This document shows positions 1 to 11,746 of a stretch of 64,000 bases of DNA, one piece after another; within the stretch, counting starts at the first letter, position 1, and every line of letters starts with the position of its first letter. The position numbers and the translations under genes are program-made. Below the pieces are notes generated by a model. The model saw only the letters and a program-made list of their open reading frames with translations. It searched no databases and had not been told where the DNA came from. Source of the stretch: Mayamaea pseudoterrestris (Eukaryota); assembly GCA_027923505.1 (NCBI GenBank), contig BROI01000008.1:434001-498000 (forward strand), written 5' to 3'.

Positions 1-1091
1 CTCCCACCCACCAGTTTCGACGGATGACGTAGGACAAACTAACATATACACGAGTAAAGAAGCCGTAAGCATCAGTCCTTTGCATGAGTAGTCACACATC
101 GTGCCATTTCTGACCTACCTTCCATGTGTATCTTATCGTGTCGGACAAGCTCGATAATTTCCTCGCTTTTAACGATGCGATACCCATGTCCAATTCGTTT
201 AGCTCCGTATTCCTTTACAGCTCGGCGAACATTTTCAGTTGCATTTTCGGAAGCTTCTCCAGCATGAATGGTGATCGACACGTTCTCGTCTTTAGCGCGT
301 TGAATCATTTCATAATGTGGACGAAAAAGTTCTGGGTACCCATCTTCATCGAAATGCTCCTCACCAGCGGCAATGTCAATCCCCACCACCGGGCAGATCT
401 CATCTTTTCGATGCTCCAATGCCATGTCTAGTGTAGGCATGGCCCAATCTGGTCTCCACGTCAAGGCGCAAAAGATTTGATTCACAGTAATCGTAAACTT
501 TTGACAGCCCCGCACCAAACCGCGCGTGACGGCCTCGTAGATTTGTTCGGCAGAGATTGGGTTGTTCGGGTCCGATGCATCACCTTGAAAGCTGTCTGCA
601 AACAAAAATGGAGAGTATCGGACCTCCGTGTAGACTGTATTCTGCTCCCATTGACGCTGGACGAAATCATGCGCAAGTTGCTCCAGTAGATGCAAATCGC
701 GTCTTACAAGCGGCAAAAAGATCTCAAAGCAGTTAAGCATGGCCTTCAATGAGCGATTTCCTCGACAGGTGCACAAATTATGGAACTTGCGTTGCGTGCT
801 ACAATCTTCAACGAGCTTTCTAACTTCCAGTGACTGGCCCGGCTCCCACGGCAAGTCGGCTTTAACAGGAAGACAGTACAGCTTGTCGGGATTCTCGTTT
901 AGATACTTCCACAAGAAATCAGGATCAAACGACCCATCCAAGTGGACGTGGAGTTCCACTTTAGGGCATTCGCGAATGAACTCTTCATCGCTTTCGTTGT
1001 AAGATTGCCAGCCCGGTCGCTCGCTGAGGTAACGTATCAGTCGTTTCACTTCGTGCGAGCCTTCGTGGTCTTTCGAAGCTTCCTTTGCCAT
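1..1091 (-). CDS. ADA: Adenosine deaminase (3' end runs off the window)
   Basis: The ORF has PKVELHVHLDGS, YTEVRYSP, GIDIAAGE, TIHAGE and RIGHGY motifs. Removing the GT-AG intron 39..118 restores the conserved MEVCPTSS motif. Confidence 0.92.
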
Positions 1092-1424
1092 GACATTGAT
1101 TGATCAAACAGTCGTTCCACAACAGCAATCCTTGCTCACAAAATATGCCTCATATAATAAGCACTCTACTGACAAGGTTGTCGATGGCCGTCGAAAACGG
1201 AACTGCCAACTGCCAATGATCGTCGCCGTCTTCGTGGTTTTTCGACCGTCAACAGCGGTGCGACATATACTATGTTTTGCCGAGCTCACAATTTATGCAC
1301 CGTAGGTGTATATATACACGTTAATCGTACAACTTACCAAGCTTTGACGCTAAATTTGCTTTAAGTTTATATACAAAAGGGAGTAACTGAATCAAAGAGA
1401 GAGAGACGAGAGGTTGAACCATTT

Positions 1425-3640
1425 TCATTTCTCGCTCTCGTCCGACTTGGCCACCAGCCGATCAATTACAGCAAACTGCCTGGGCCAGCTCACATTGTAC
1501 AAGAATTGACGCAAGTCAAAGCGGTTGTCATCGGGAGAGTAACCTTCCGCATGATATGCCGGTGTGATTGTGCACATTTTGTGTCGATTCACGGCGTAGT
1601 AGTAGAAGAATCGTTTTACTTTAGTCGCCACTTCGACAGGCGGCGTGTCATTCCAAATGATGCATAACTTGCGAAACCTGCAGAATGAAAAGATAGTGAG
1701 ATGCTATTTCGCAATGTGTGGGCGAAAACTATATCCATGACTTACATTGAGACGGGTCCACATCGAGAAAGCTTGCGCAAACTACCAAAAAGCCCGAGTT
1801 CGTAATACGACATGCCCATATCCTCTTCATCGAGCTGCGAATGTTCCTCATCGACTCCATTTTCTCCAGTTGATGGTCTTAACTCAGCAGTCGGGGGCGC
1901 TTCTGCGACATCGGCTAGCACATCCCAGCCATACGCCAAGGAAGCCCAAATTAGCATTTTCTTTAAATCACCCTTCGAGATCGCTCCGATCGGATTCAGA
2001 TCCGCAGATGAGCAGTCATATTTCGTCATGTAGCCGCGCAGGCCCTCATCCACATTGGCCGAACCCAATACAAGAAGAAACCCCGAGCGGCTGCGTACCC
2101 ACGGCAAAAGTTGTGCGTAAAGGTAGGCTGTCACCATTCGCAGTCGGGCTTGAATATTTTGCATCGCCAAGTCTTCCGTCATGGTTCCTCCGTGGGATGA
2201 AAAGCGGGGAGACATGCCAGTCGTCAGGGTAAACACTTTTAAAACTGCTTCTACCATGAGACCAATTGGTATGGACAGGTGGTAGCTCCCAATTGTATCT
2301 CCCAATCGTTTTGCTCGGTCGGTCGTCTTGGTCGACGAGTTCCTTGTTCCCATGAATGCTGTATGCAAGATAATATTCGCAAGCTCTTGTGATGTCGCTG
2401 GTACCCAAGATGCAAGCTCTTGTCGACAAACTCGACGGCAATCTTGAGCGACTTGCCCATTCAGATCCTTCTGCGCAGCTACAGTCACCAACTGACACAT
2501 GGCACCCACTATGGCAGCGACGGATGACGAGTCTGCTCCACCCGATAACGGCAAAAAGAAACCTGCAGCGCCCGACCGACGAAGATAATCCCATAGCCAG
2601 CAAGCCGGTCCCAAACAACACTCTTCCTCGGAAATGTGGACTTGCAATGATTCCAATGGAATCGATGGTGTCGAAAGGTAATCGCCACGAACAAGGCAAA
2701 AGTCAGAGTCATCCACGTAACAGCCACGAGAGGAAATAGCTGCTTGTATCCCAATAGAAGGAATAGATGCACGGTAGGAGCGAACATCATCCAAATCCAC
2801 TGTTGCTGTAATCACTTCCACATCTTCGAGACTAAACTGGGAAGCTTGCGCTAGAATCCTGCCGTTGCAGGCAATGAGTGCGCCGCCATCATAATATAGA
2901 CGACCGCCATCACATCCCCGTTGGTTCGCATACAAATACACGCCTCCACATTTTCGAGTCGCAGATACAATGAGCTCCAATCGTTGATTAAGCTTGCGGA
3001 GTTCGTGGTAGCTGCCAGATCCATTTCCAATAATCTCCACGCCTTGTAGAGCTAGTTCAATGTGCGTCGATCGAGGTGTCCACAGTTCTTCACAACTTTC
3101 GCATCCAACAGTAGTGCCGTCTCCAAACAGCATATACTGAATTCCAAACGTCGCCGTCGCCTGCTGAAACTTCTCTCGAAACGTGCCCGGCAAAACAAGC
3201 TTTTCAACTTGTCCCATGGTCCCACGAAAAGATGTAAAATACCGAGATTCCCTGTAATTACCTTGATCAGCCATGGCAGTTTTGGGTCGGATCAAAAGAA
3301 TTTTCTTGTCGCGGACAAGGACCCTGCAGTTGTATCTAACGCCTCCAAACAAGACTGGCATGCCAAAATCGCACAGCATGCCATCAGTTGCACCTCGCTC
3401 CATAAGCTCTGCGAGACTTTCCCAGCAATGCGCAAAAGTGTCTTGCTCGAGAAAATGATCTTCACATCCATAGCCGCAAATCTCCAGCTCGGGTCCAAGT
3501 CGATAGGAAGCCCCGTGTTCCTTGGCTTTTAAACAGCTTCTCAGTATTCGTTCCATGTTTCCATCAAAATCAAGAGCCCATTGATTGAGGTTGCAGGTAG
3601 CGACAGTCACCAACGATGCCCCACCTCCTGGATTTTTCAT
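1425..3640 (-). CDS. NADSYN1: Glutamine-dependent NAD(+) synthetase
   Basis: An N-terminal nitrilase-like domain ([28 protein letters not shown]) is followed by the synthetase domain ([31 protein letters not shown]). Intron 1678..1745 joins to the final exon ([26 protein letters not shown]). Confidence 0.95.
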
Positions 3641-4649
3641 AATGTGCGTACAGATATCAGGCAAGACTTACTCCAGTGTTATTTACGATCAATGAGGACA
3701 AACCCCATGGTCGCGACGGTCAAGACACGACGAAATAATGTGGTACCGGTAGGATATAATATCCGGACATGCTTCACGACATTAATTGGCATACTGACGC
3801 TGCGACTGCATGAAGTTTCGCGTTGGGCACCTGCAATGACCCTGACAATGACCATTAGCTATCCCATAACACATTGCTTTACTAAAGGGTATGCACTCAA
3901 AGAGCCATTGATTACCACTGGAGAACTGCAATCTCTAGCCTCTTCTTGTCCTTGTTTCCTATAAACAAGAGTCGTTGGCATCAACCCATTAAATGGCTGC
4001 TTTGACAGCAAGTGTCTATTTTAATGACTACTGTTTGGCAGTGTTTGTGTGCGCGGACCGCGCTAAAAGGTGTTTGCAGGCTTTGTGAACCATTGATCCT
4101 GCCACCTCCCCGCCCCGCGAATGTGTTATTATTTATTTGATTGTTGCATCAAGCGCGTTTGAAATTATATTCATTGCGCCAAGTTATCAGGGTCTGACCT
4201 GACCGCGTGGCAGTTCCAATGGAACAAACCGTACTCGAATGGTGACAAGTCTCTACAGGTTAAAATATATTATTAAAGCCACAAAACAATATATATTAGT
4301 GATTGACCTGACCTGAGTAGAGGTTCAATGACTAATGCAGGGAACCATTGGATACATCACTCGACAGTCTTTGACCATAGTGTGCAGTCATAGAGAGTGA
4401 GCACGTAACTCGGGTGGGCCGTCTCTCAACTTCAGGCTCCCACCTGGATAAGCGGATCTTTTCTGCTGGCGAGAGCGGCGTAAAAGCCGCAAGGCGAGTA
4501 GCTAATGTAGTTACTAAATCATTGAGTTATTATTATTATAATGAGCACGTACTTAGAAAATGTTGTTGATTCCCTTTTATATTAGTACTACTTGTACAAA
4601 TCGTTTGCTCACGGGAGACTCCCACATTTTCCCGTGTTTATTTACAAAT

Positions 4650-5675
4650 TTACAAAGACTTGACGGCAATTATGGCCAAGTCGAGTGGCGCCAGCGTTCG
4701 GCAAGATGGGCAGTAGACCATTGTCATATCGTTGGCCGCCAATAATTCCGCCCCACATCCAACGCAGCCAACCTTGATTACCTTTCCCATCTTCGTGGCC
4801 TCCTCCACGCGAGCTTTAGTAATACTTTCGACTTGTCTGCCTTGGAGAAACAAAGCGAGGTTGGCAGTAGCACATTTTTCGAAATGGGGCGTAGGACATG
4901 AAACCGACTCAGTAGCAGCATCGTCTGAAATGGAATATGCAGTACCATAAAGCGGCAATCCCTTGCAGCTTGTTCGACGAACCGAGCTGGTCTCGAGGAA
5001 TCGTGTCGGGTGTGCAGTACTTCGCTGTCGCTTTAAAGAGCCCGACTCCTGTCGTGATGGCGCTGATTCAATGGACGTAGTAGTTTTGGCTTTGTAGGCA
5101 GGTGCTTGATTATTTTCCTCCTGGATTTGCCGCAAGATATCCATTTGCTGCTCCACGATCGAGTCCGATGCTTTTAATGATGTCAAATCGTATGCGTTAC
5201 TGGTGCGAACCGAAAAGACCGAAGATGCATCCCGACGATGATTGTAAACTTCTCGTTGCGTCTGTGTTGCAATGGAATCCTCTTGGTTTCCATCAAATGA
5301 TTCCGTCTCCTTGGCTTCCTCTGGATCGGGACGTCCTAAGCGTGACGCGATTCCAGTCATGCTATTTCGTGATGCCAGGGTGGCGTGTCGCTTGAAAGAG
5401 GGAAAGTCATTCTCGTGCGATGACGATTCATTATCGTCAAAATCGCCATAGTCGTCATCGTCTTCGTCGTCCTCGTCATCCAAAAAGTTCGTCTCAATTT
5501 GAGACGTCAATGCATTTACCTTGGGAATGAGCGAGACACGAGTCGGCAGAGTCATGTGTTTTTCCATGGCTGGGTCAACTTCATCGTCTGAGACGAGTTC
5601 TCGCTTGCTTTGGCGCATGGACTGCTGCCATTGACGACGGAAAGTGAATGACGGTATGTTGAAGGACGTCATCAT
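4650..5675 (-). CDS. Hypothetical protein: low-complexity acidic/Ser-rich N-terminus with a C-terminal C4 zinc ribbon
   Basis: A ~340-aa ORF with CVGC-x14-CPSC at the C-terminus. The first ATG is at 5675. Confidence 0.65.
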   Translation of the reverse strand: MMTSFNIPSFTFRRQWQQSMRQSKRELVSDDEVDPAMEKHMTLPTRVSLIPKVNALTSQIETNFLDDEDDEDDDDYGDFDDNESSSHENDFPSFKRHATLASRNSMTGIASRLGRPDPEEAKETESFDGNQEDSIATQTQREVYNHRRDASSVFSVRTSNAYDLTSLKASDSIVEQQMDILRQIQEENNQAPAYKAKTTTSIESAPSRQESGSLKRQRSTAHPTRFLETSSVRRTSCKGLPLYGTAYSISDDAATESVSCPTPHFEKCATANLALFLQGRQVESITKARVEEATKMGKVIKVGCVGCGAELLAANDMTMVYCPSCRTLAPLDLAIIAVKSL

Positions 5676-6038
5676 GGTTGTTGGTGCGTCTTGCAAACTG
5701 CTACCGAGAGCTTGGATTAACTTGCTTTTGCAATTATGAGGCTGCGCAAGCCTGCGAGTCAGCAGCTTCCGTTCCGCGATGCTTTAGTCGTAAGATCACG
5801 CTGTCATTCCGTCCCATTCACAGTTCGGAGCTTCGGAGTTATTTTTGGTACCGTTGCATGACGCAGCGGTTTCTTTCAGTCGCAGCGGTATGAGCCGGTA
5901 CGACGTACGCAGGCATACGTACGATACGTCGTACTAGCACAAACGCTGCTCAATCGGCTCCATTATAAAAGTATACTACGAGCATGCACTCGGCTATAAT
6001 CTTCACTACAAAAGGAACGCTACCAGAAGATCCAAGAA

Positions 6039-7043
6039 CTATGATTTCCTTCTGCATGCATTGCAGACCGACCTTCCATTTCTTAGATAGACGGCGAAAC
6101 AGATGACTTTGCACAGATCACAGCAACTTCCCAGATTACCGGCCAATGTAGCCGTTTTTGCTGCGCTAGTGGCATCTTTTTGAGAAGCTTGCGACATACA
6201 GTTAAATCCGGACTTTTGGTGTGCTTCAAAAGTACTTATCGGCTGCGATTCGGTGCGGGGTGCGACACGGATTACCTGTGCGTCCTGTGTTGACCGAAAG
6301 AAAGCACTGCGAAAGGAAGTCTCCCACGCAGCGACTCGACAGCCATGGTCGTCACAGTGTAAGCAATCCTTAAGGGACAATGTGTTGTTTGCGCCATATT
6401 GTTGTAAAGGCGCACGTGTATTCGACCGCCTGGAGAGCAACAGTTGAGCGCACTTTTCAAAGTTTGGTTTATCTCCAGCAACTTCATTCCATCTTGCGAC
6501 GGATGCCATGGCTTCATCAGTATGATCCAAACGCTCCATTGCAACTTCCAATGGAGTCTTGTTCGTCATGTCCTTCATGTTTAAAGCCGTTTCATGCAAC
6601 CCTCTCGAATGCAATGCCTCCATTAAGAGTTGAACGGCCATGAAACGTCCACCCGCCGCTGCCTTGTGCAAAGGTGTCATTCTATCGCCAAAACTTGTGT
6701 CAATTGCTAGCAAGTCGCAGTCTATCTCATTCACAAGTAGCTGCATGGTTGCAACGGCCCCAGAGAAGCTCGCTCGATGCAATGGCGTACATAGACTTTT
6801 GTCTGAACCATTCACTCCACAGCCAGACTGCAAAAGCAGCGCCGTCGCTGCCACTTGTCCATGCTGCGCCGCCAGGTGAAGTGGAGTGTCTCCGGTCAGT
6901 GGATCGACACGTCGAGCGAGCTGCTTGAGGCCGTGTCGTGACAATCCCTGAACGTCGCCGTATTCGGCGCTTGTAAATGACGAGAGGCATAGCGGAAGAC
7001 GCTTGCAAGGACAGGAAGCAGGTTCTAGTGACAATGATGTCAT
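6039..7043 (-). CDS. Ankyrin-repeat protein with Cys-rich C-terminus
   Basis: GDTPLHLAA, TPLHRAS, TPLHKAA and KTPLEVA ankyrin motifs are present, with terminal CDLC...CNAC. Confidence 0.85.
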   Translation of the reverse strand: MTSLSLEPASCPCKRLPLCLSSFTSAEYGDVQGLSRHGLKQLARRVDPLTGDTPLHLAAQHGQVAATALLLQSGCGVNGSDKSLCTPLHRASFSGAVATMQLLVNEIDCDLLAIDTSFGDRMTPLHKAAAGGRFMAVQLLMEALHSRGLHETALNMKDMTNKTPLEVAMERLDHTDEAMASVARWNEVAGDKPNFEKCAQLLLSRRSNTRAPLQQYGANNTLSLKDCLHCDDHGCRVAAWETSFRSAFFRSTQDAQVIRVAPRTESQPISTFEAHQKSGFNCMSQASQKDATSAAKTATLAGNLGSCCDLCKVICFAVYLRNGRSVCNACRRKS

Positions 7044-7241
7044 CTGTAATAGATTACTGCCTTTTGAATGCCTGGGAATGTAAGGACGTCGGACATGCAC
7101 GACAAATAAATGATTCGTGTGTCGACGAGCAGTGAGGATCACTACCGATGCGACTTTGTTTGATTGAAATCGCAAATGGTTTCGCCGTCACCACAGCAAT
7201 TAGCACCTCATCGTCTCGCAAAGGCTCTACTCTATTATACG

Positions 7242-7853
7242 ATGAGTGATCTTATATCAGAAGCCATTGAGAGTTACAATGTCGTGGAAGAAGAAGCATG
7301 TAATAACGTGGAAGTTGTTCCCTTTGGCGTCCACGTGTCGTCCGTCTCGGATATGCTGGCTTTCGAACGGCCAAGCAGTCTAAAAGCTACTCTGACGTCG
7401 AATTTATACCTCGAAAAGGGTATTGTTGGGACGATTCTCGTTATGAATAATAAATCGGTTTTGGTGTGGTTTGGCTGGGGTCAACTCGATCATGAGGCTT
7501 CAGGAACAAAAGCTCGTCGACCAACTGCTATTGGAACGGCGACTAATCTCGGCATGAGGCCTTTGATGATTGGAATGCCTCGCACAAAGTATCAAGGTGC
7601 CTTTTCAGGGGAATCGGAAGGTCCAGTTTCAAAACTAATTGGGTCGGAGAACGACGAGGAAGAGACACTGGCGCGGAACCTTTCGGCGCGACTTTCAATG
7701 AAGCTGGGTGTTCCGGTCATGGTATCATGTAGCTTTGAAGGCTGTCCATTATCTTTAGAAGGAGACGTTGAAGCTGGGACGATCCAGCATCGAGCTGCAG
7801 CTCAAGCTGAACGAAAGATTTTTAAAATTCTCCAGACGAAACTGAAGATTTGA
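7242..7853 (+). CDS. Proteasome assembly chaperone 4 (PAC4/PSMG4)-like protein
   Basis: The pattern SVLVWFG ... LMIGMP ... SKLIG ... LSARLSMKLGVPVMVSC resembles the PAC4 family. Confidence 0.6.
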   Translation: MSDLISEAIESYNVVEEEACNNVEVVPFGVHVSSVSDMLAFERPSSLKATLTSNLYLEKGIVGTILVMNNKSVLVWFGWGQLDHEASGTKARRPTAIGTATNLGMRPLMIGMPRTKYQGAFSGESEGPVSKLIGSENDEEETLARNLSARLSMKLGVPVMVSCSFEGCPLSLEGDVEAGTIQHRAAAQAERKIFKILQTKLKI

Positions 7854-7955
7854 GCTTGCAGTACAAGGCAACATCTGTTCTGTATTCATATGTTTTATAA
7901 ATGTGTAGGATAACCTAAAGTCTGAATCACATTACAAAATGCTACCATCGCTATG

Positions 7956-8635
7956 TTATGGCACATCGTCAGTGATTCGATCCGGCACATAGACTGTCAT
8001 GCCATTCATGTCCTTTGTCAAAACCACTGCACTCGCCAGACGACTCCCTTCGTAAATCTCGTCTGCTTCCCAGTAGTCCTCCAACATTTGCTCCTCAATC
8101 GGCGTCTTCCGAGGTGCAGTGTCCTTGCCATTGCCGACAAGTACAACGTGGTCATAGCCCGACGAAACACCCTCACCAAAGGTTGGCTCAATCCACGAGT
8201 CCGTTCGTTGGACTTCTGGCGGAGCGGCAGGGTTGCTCGGTCCGAGCTCAATGTCGTGAAGCTCGCAAATCTCAGCCAGCGTTTTGCCTGTGGGTGCAAT
8301 ATTAATAATACGGTTAGAATGTAATAGATAAGATTTGGCACCGTCAAACGACCGGTGCAACTTGTCGTCGATAATCTTGACAATTTCTTTCGAAAAAGCC
8401 ACTCCCATGTTGTGTCACTTTGCAGCATGCAAGGCCCATGCATGCACTTACCAACGAGACCTGTCACCTTGCGTCGAGCACCAGAAGGATCGACGAATGT
8501 CAAGTCAATCAACAGATCCTTGACGGAAGGTGCGGCCGGAGCGGTTGCCGCCGCGGCGTTGGCGCTGAAGTAAACTCGCGATAGCGCTGTACTACGCAGA
8601 CTACCGGTAGCTCTCTGTGCAATTATTCGAAACAT
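7956..8635 (-). CDS. Mitochondrial adrenodoxin-fold protein, complex I ferredoxin (C1-FDX/NDUFX)-like, lacking Fe-S cysteines
   Basis: An Arg/Ser/Ala-rich presequence precedes LTFVDPSGARRKVTGLVG. Intron 8288..8451 joins to KTLAE...SRLASAVVLTKDMNGMTVYVP, a 2Fe-2S ferredoxin fold pattern. Confidence 0.75.
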
Positions 8636-8912
8636 TGCAACTTGTCTATTGGAATTGAAGGATGTGTTTTGCTTGCGGGAACTTACTGTTAATGCATGAT
8701 CTGGGCAGCAACCTGCAATCGATGGTGATGATGTCAGTCCCTCTCGTCGTGCCGTGCCCCTTTTTCGCTCGCCCCCATGTGGGTACCGCAGTGACATTGC
8801 ACGACAGACTGCGCCCCTCGTCGTCGACCATGGCTGGCATTTCCAATTTCCATTTGTTCCTGTCCGTTAGAAACGCGACGTCTTTGGGACTTCCAGCGCA
8901 AGCTGCTGGAAA

Positions 8913-10489
8913 ATGAGCTCAGGGAGAGTGTCAGGTCGTCAGCTGGTTACTCGTCCGCCAATTGTTCCGTCGTCGTTCGATAAATTGCAACCTGATCGGT
9001 TTGACCAATTTCTCTTGTCCTACGAGGACGAAGACGACGAAAACTTTAGATACAAGTTACATGTATTGGATATAAACCTTCTAGCGACGACGAATATTGC
9101 ATATGCGACAGCTGTCTTTCTTATTCCGGCAGGAAGAGAGGGTGAATACATGTTCTCATCCAAGAATGGACTGGCAAGCATCGCAGAATCGGCCAAGTGT
9201 GCTCGCATGATCGCTGGTGAGTAAATGGGGATGAATCGCTTGTTGTTGCAATTGTATCTATCTTTCTTTTTTCGTGAGCATTACTCTAATCAATCTGACC
9301 TACGCTATCAGTGTCTTTTGGACGTCACCATGTCTTTGAAAGCCAGCAGCTGGTTCAAGAGGAGTTGACTTTTGTGGTGCAGCTTCTGTCGCGGCAAGGC
9401 AAATTCTTGCCGTCGTACACTCAGATAAACAATGAAAAAGACATACCATTTATGGCTTTGGATGGTTTGGGGAAGCGTCGAGTTGTGGCGGAAGGTCAGA
9501 GCGAGTTAAGCGGAAAGTACATAGTGGAGCAGGTCCAGGCCGACGCCCAACAAGTCCGACGGCTTTACTTTTTGGACAATCCGTTTTTGATCCAGACTGA
9601 AGTTGTGATGAAGGAACTGGAAGGTGGCGTCTATGTCGTTGACCAAGCACATGCAGCTTTCGATTATCACAAAGCTGGTACGTAACCAACGGCCCGTAAA
9701 GATTGATATGAATCATGCACTAATGATGATCGTCACGACGCAGTGGTAGCCGGACTTCTTGCGCTTGTTGATTCACTTAATCACGGGATGTTGATTGGTT
9801 TGGGAGGAGGTGGCTTTGTAAACTTTCTGCACCATGTCTCGCCGGATTGCAAGATAACAGCTGTTGAGCTAGACCCCGCCATTGTCGCCATCGCTAAACA
9901 AAACTTTGGACTCGACAGTCCGTCTTTGCAAGGAGTTCTTGTGTTAAAAATTGGCGACGGATTGGCAATTGGTGTCGAAGGCGCGGAAGTGTCTACCGCC
10001 GAAAAAAGAATCATGCTGCCACCCGAGTCTCTTTCTTTCATAGTCGTTGACGTTGATACCAAAGACAAGACTGTTGGCATGTCATGTCCGCCAGTATCCT
10101 TCCTTGACCAAGGCTATCTCGAACAGCTAGCTACACTGCTGGTTCCGTCGGGAGTGCTGGCAATTAATGTTTCTGCTCGTGATCCCAGTTTGCTTAATGT
10201 TGCTTGCAGCAGCGTTAAAAAGGTCTTTTCCACCGTTTTCTTCTCAAAGAAAAACACCCATGAAGATATCAATGTGGTTCTCTTGGCTACTCAATGCGAT
10301 AGTGCATCGGTAAATGATGGCCCCTTCCAAAATTTGGACGTCAGAACCGGAGATGAACTGCGACTTTTCGCCCATAATTTGTCTATCTGGACCGGAGACT
10401 CGCAAGTTGGAGGGGAAATCGTAAATAATAAGACTCGAAAGAAGAAGTCTAAGAGTAACAAACGCAAGGGAGGCGGCAAACACCGGTAG
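8913..10489 (+). CDS. METTL13 C-terminal-domain-like (spermidine-synthase-fold) SAM methyltransferase
   Basis: Three exons (introns 9217..9311 and 9678..9743 restore frame). Motifs include AVFLIPAGRE, LIGLGGG, VELDP, IVVDVD and GMSCPP. Confidence 0.75.
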
Positions 10490-10849
10490 CAATTATGTTA
10501 TGCGAGATTCACAAGTGCATTCCCATAGTGTGTGAGAGCTGAGACAATAAGCCACCACATAGAGTAGCGCCTTATTTTACGAGCATAGTACTTTAGACGT
10601 GCTCAGATGGAGCCAGTTTGTACCGTATATTCGTAGAATATTCGATATCGCACTACCGTGGCTAATCGTTAACATCAAAGCGTACACGTAGCAAACGTCC
10701 GATTTAAAACCGCTACGATTCCACCAGTTGTGACCGCAGCGCGCCACGACCATTCGACAAGACAATAAGCTCCGCCCTCCGCCGCGACTGCGTCCTTTTT
10801 CATAACCGACATAGACATTCCTATTTTTGTTGATGCACAGATTTCAACC

Positions 10850-11711
10850 ATGGGTGGAGACGATCTTGGAAGCGATGACGAGTGCTTGTATGCTTCAAAC
10901 CAGAGTGCTGAAAACGACTTGAGCGACACCGAAGAACAAACAGACGGCACCGTCGGCGATACCACCAACAAGCGCAAGTGCGTTAAAGGCCTGGTCGAGC
11001 CCACGATAAGCACGAAGAAACCGAAGACTGAGAAAGGTAGTGTGACCGTATCGGAGCAAACAGCGCAGGATCAAGCGGCTATTCTGTCATCTGCTTTGGC
11101 GAAGTATGCATCTACTTTGGACTCTCAACCTCGGAACATCGAGCTTGAGGCCGGCTATTTTGCCACATCCACGCAGCAATCTCTGTTGTTACGTTTGACT
11201 AGTGTTGTCGCCCAAAACAAGATACGAAAATGGAAGCATAAGCTGTCTCCTTGTGTGGTATGTACATGTACGACCCAGTAATGTATGAAAAAGAAGTTGA
11301 AGTAAAATTTGTCCTCATATCGATAGGTTTCAAATCTTACAGGTTGTCGTTTGCCTCTCGGCTCGTCGGGCGGTCCATGTATTGAAAGAGTTATCTCCCA
11401 TGAAGGCGAGAGCCGCAAAGTTGTTTCCGAAGAATAATTCAATAACTGAGCAGCTCAAAGAGCTAGCCGAGACAACTTTTGGACTTGCCGTCGGAACGCC
11501 TCACCGGTTACAAGCGCTATGCAAAGGTGATGACTCTGCGTGTTTATCATTCCGTCATACAAAGCTCGTAGTTTTTGACTGCGAGCTGTCTGACAAGCAC
11601 TATTCTGTGTTAACCTTGCCAGACACGGCACCGAGTTGTCTGGGCTTGCTTGTCGAGCATATTCTTCCAGAACTCCACAAGCGAAAGGATATTCGCATTG
11701 GATTACTTTAA
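10850..11711 (+). CDS. CMS1/CMSS1-like 90S pre-ribosome protein (degenerate DEAD-like fold)
   Basis: The protein starts MGGDDL. Intron 11258..11342 gives PCVVVVCLSARRA...AKLF...EQ...AVGTPHRL, characteristic of CMS1. Confidence 0.75.
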
Positions 11712-11746
11712 CGTATGTGTATCAGTTTATGTCTATATATGTGTAT

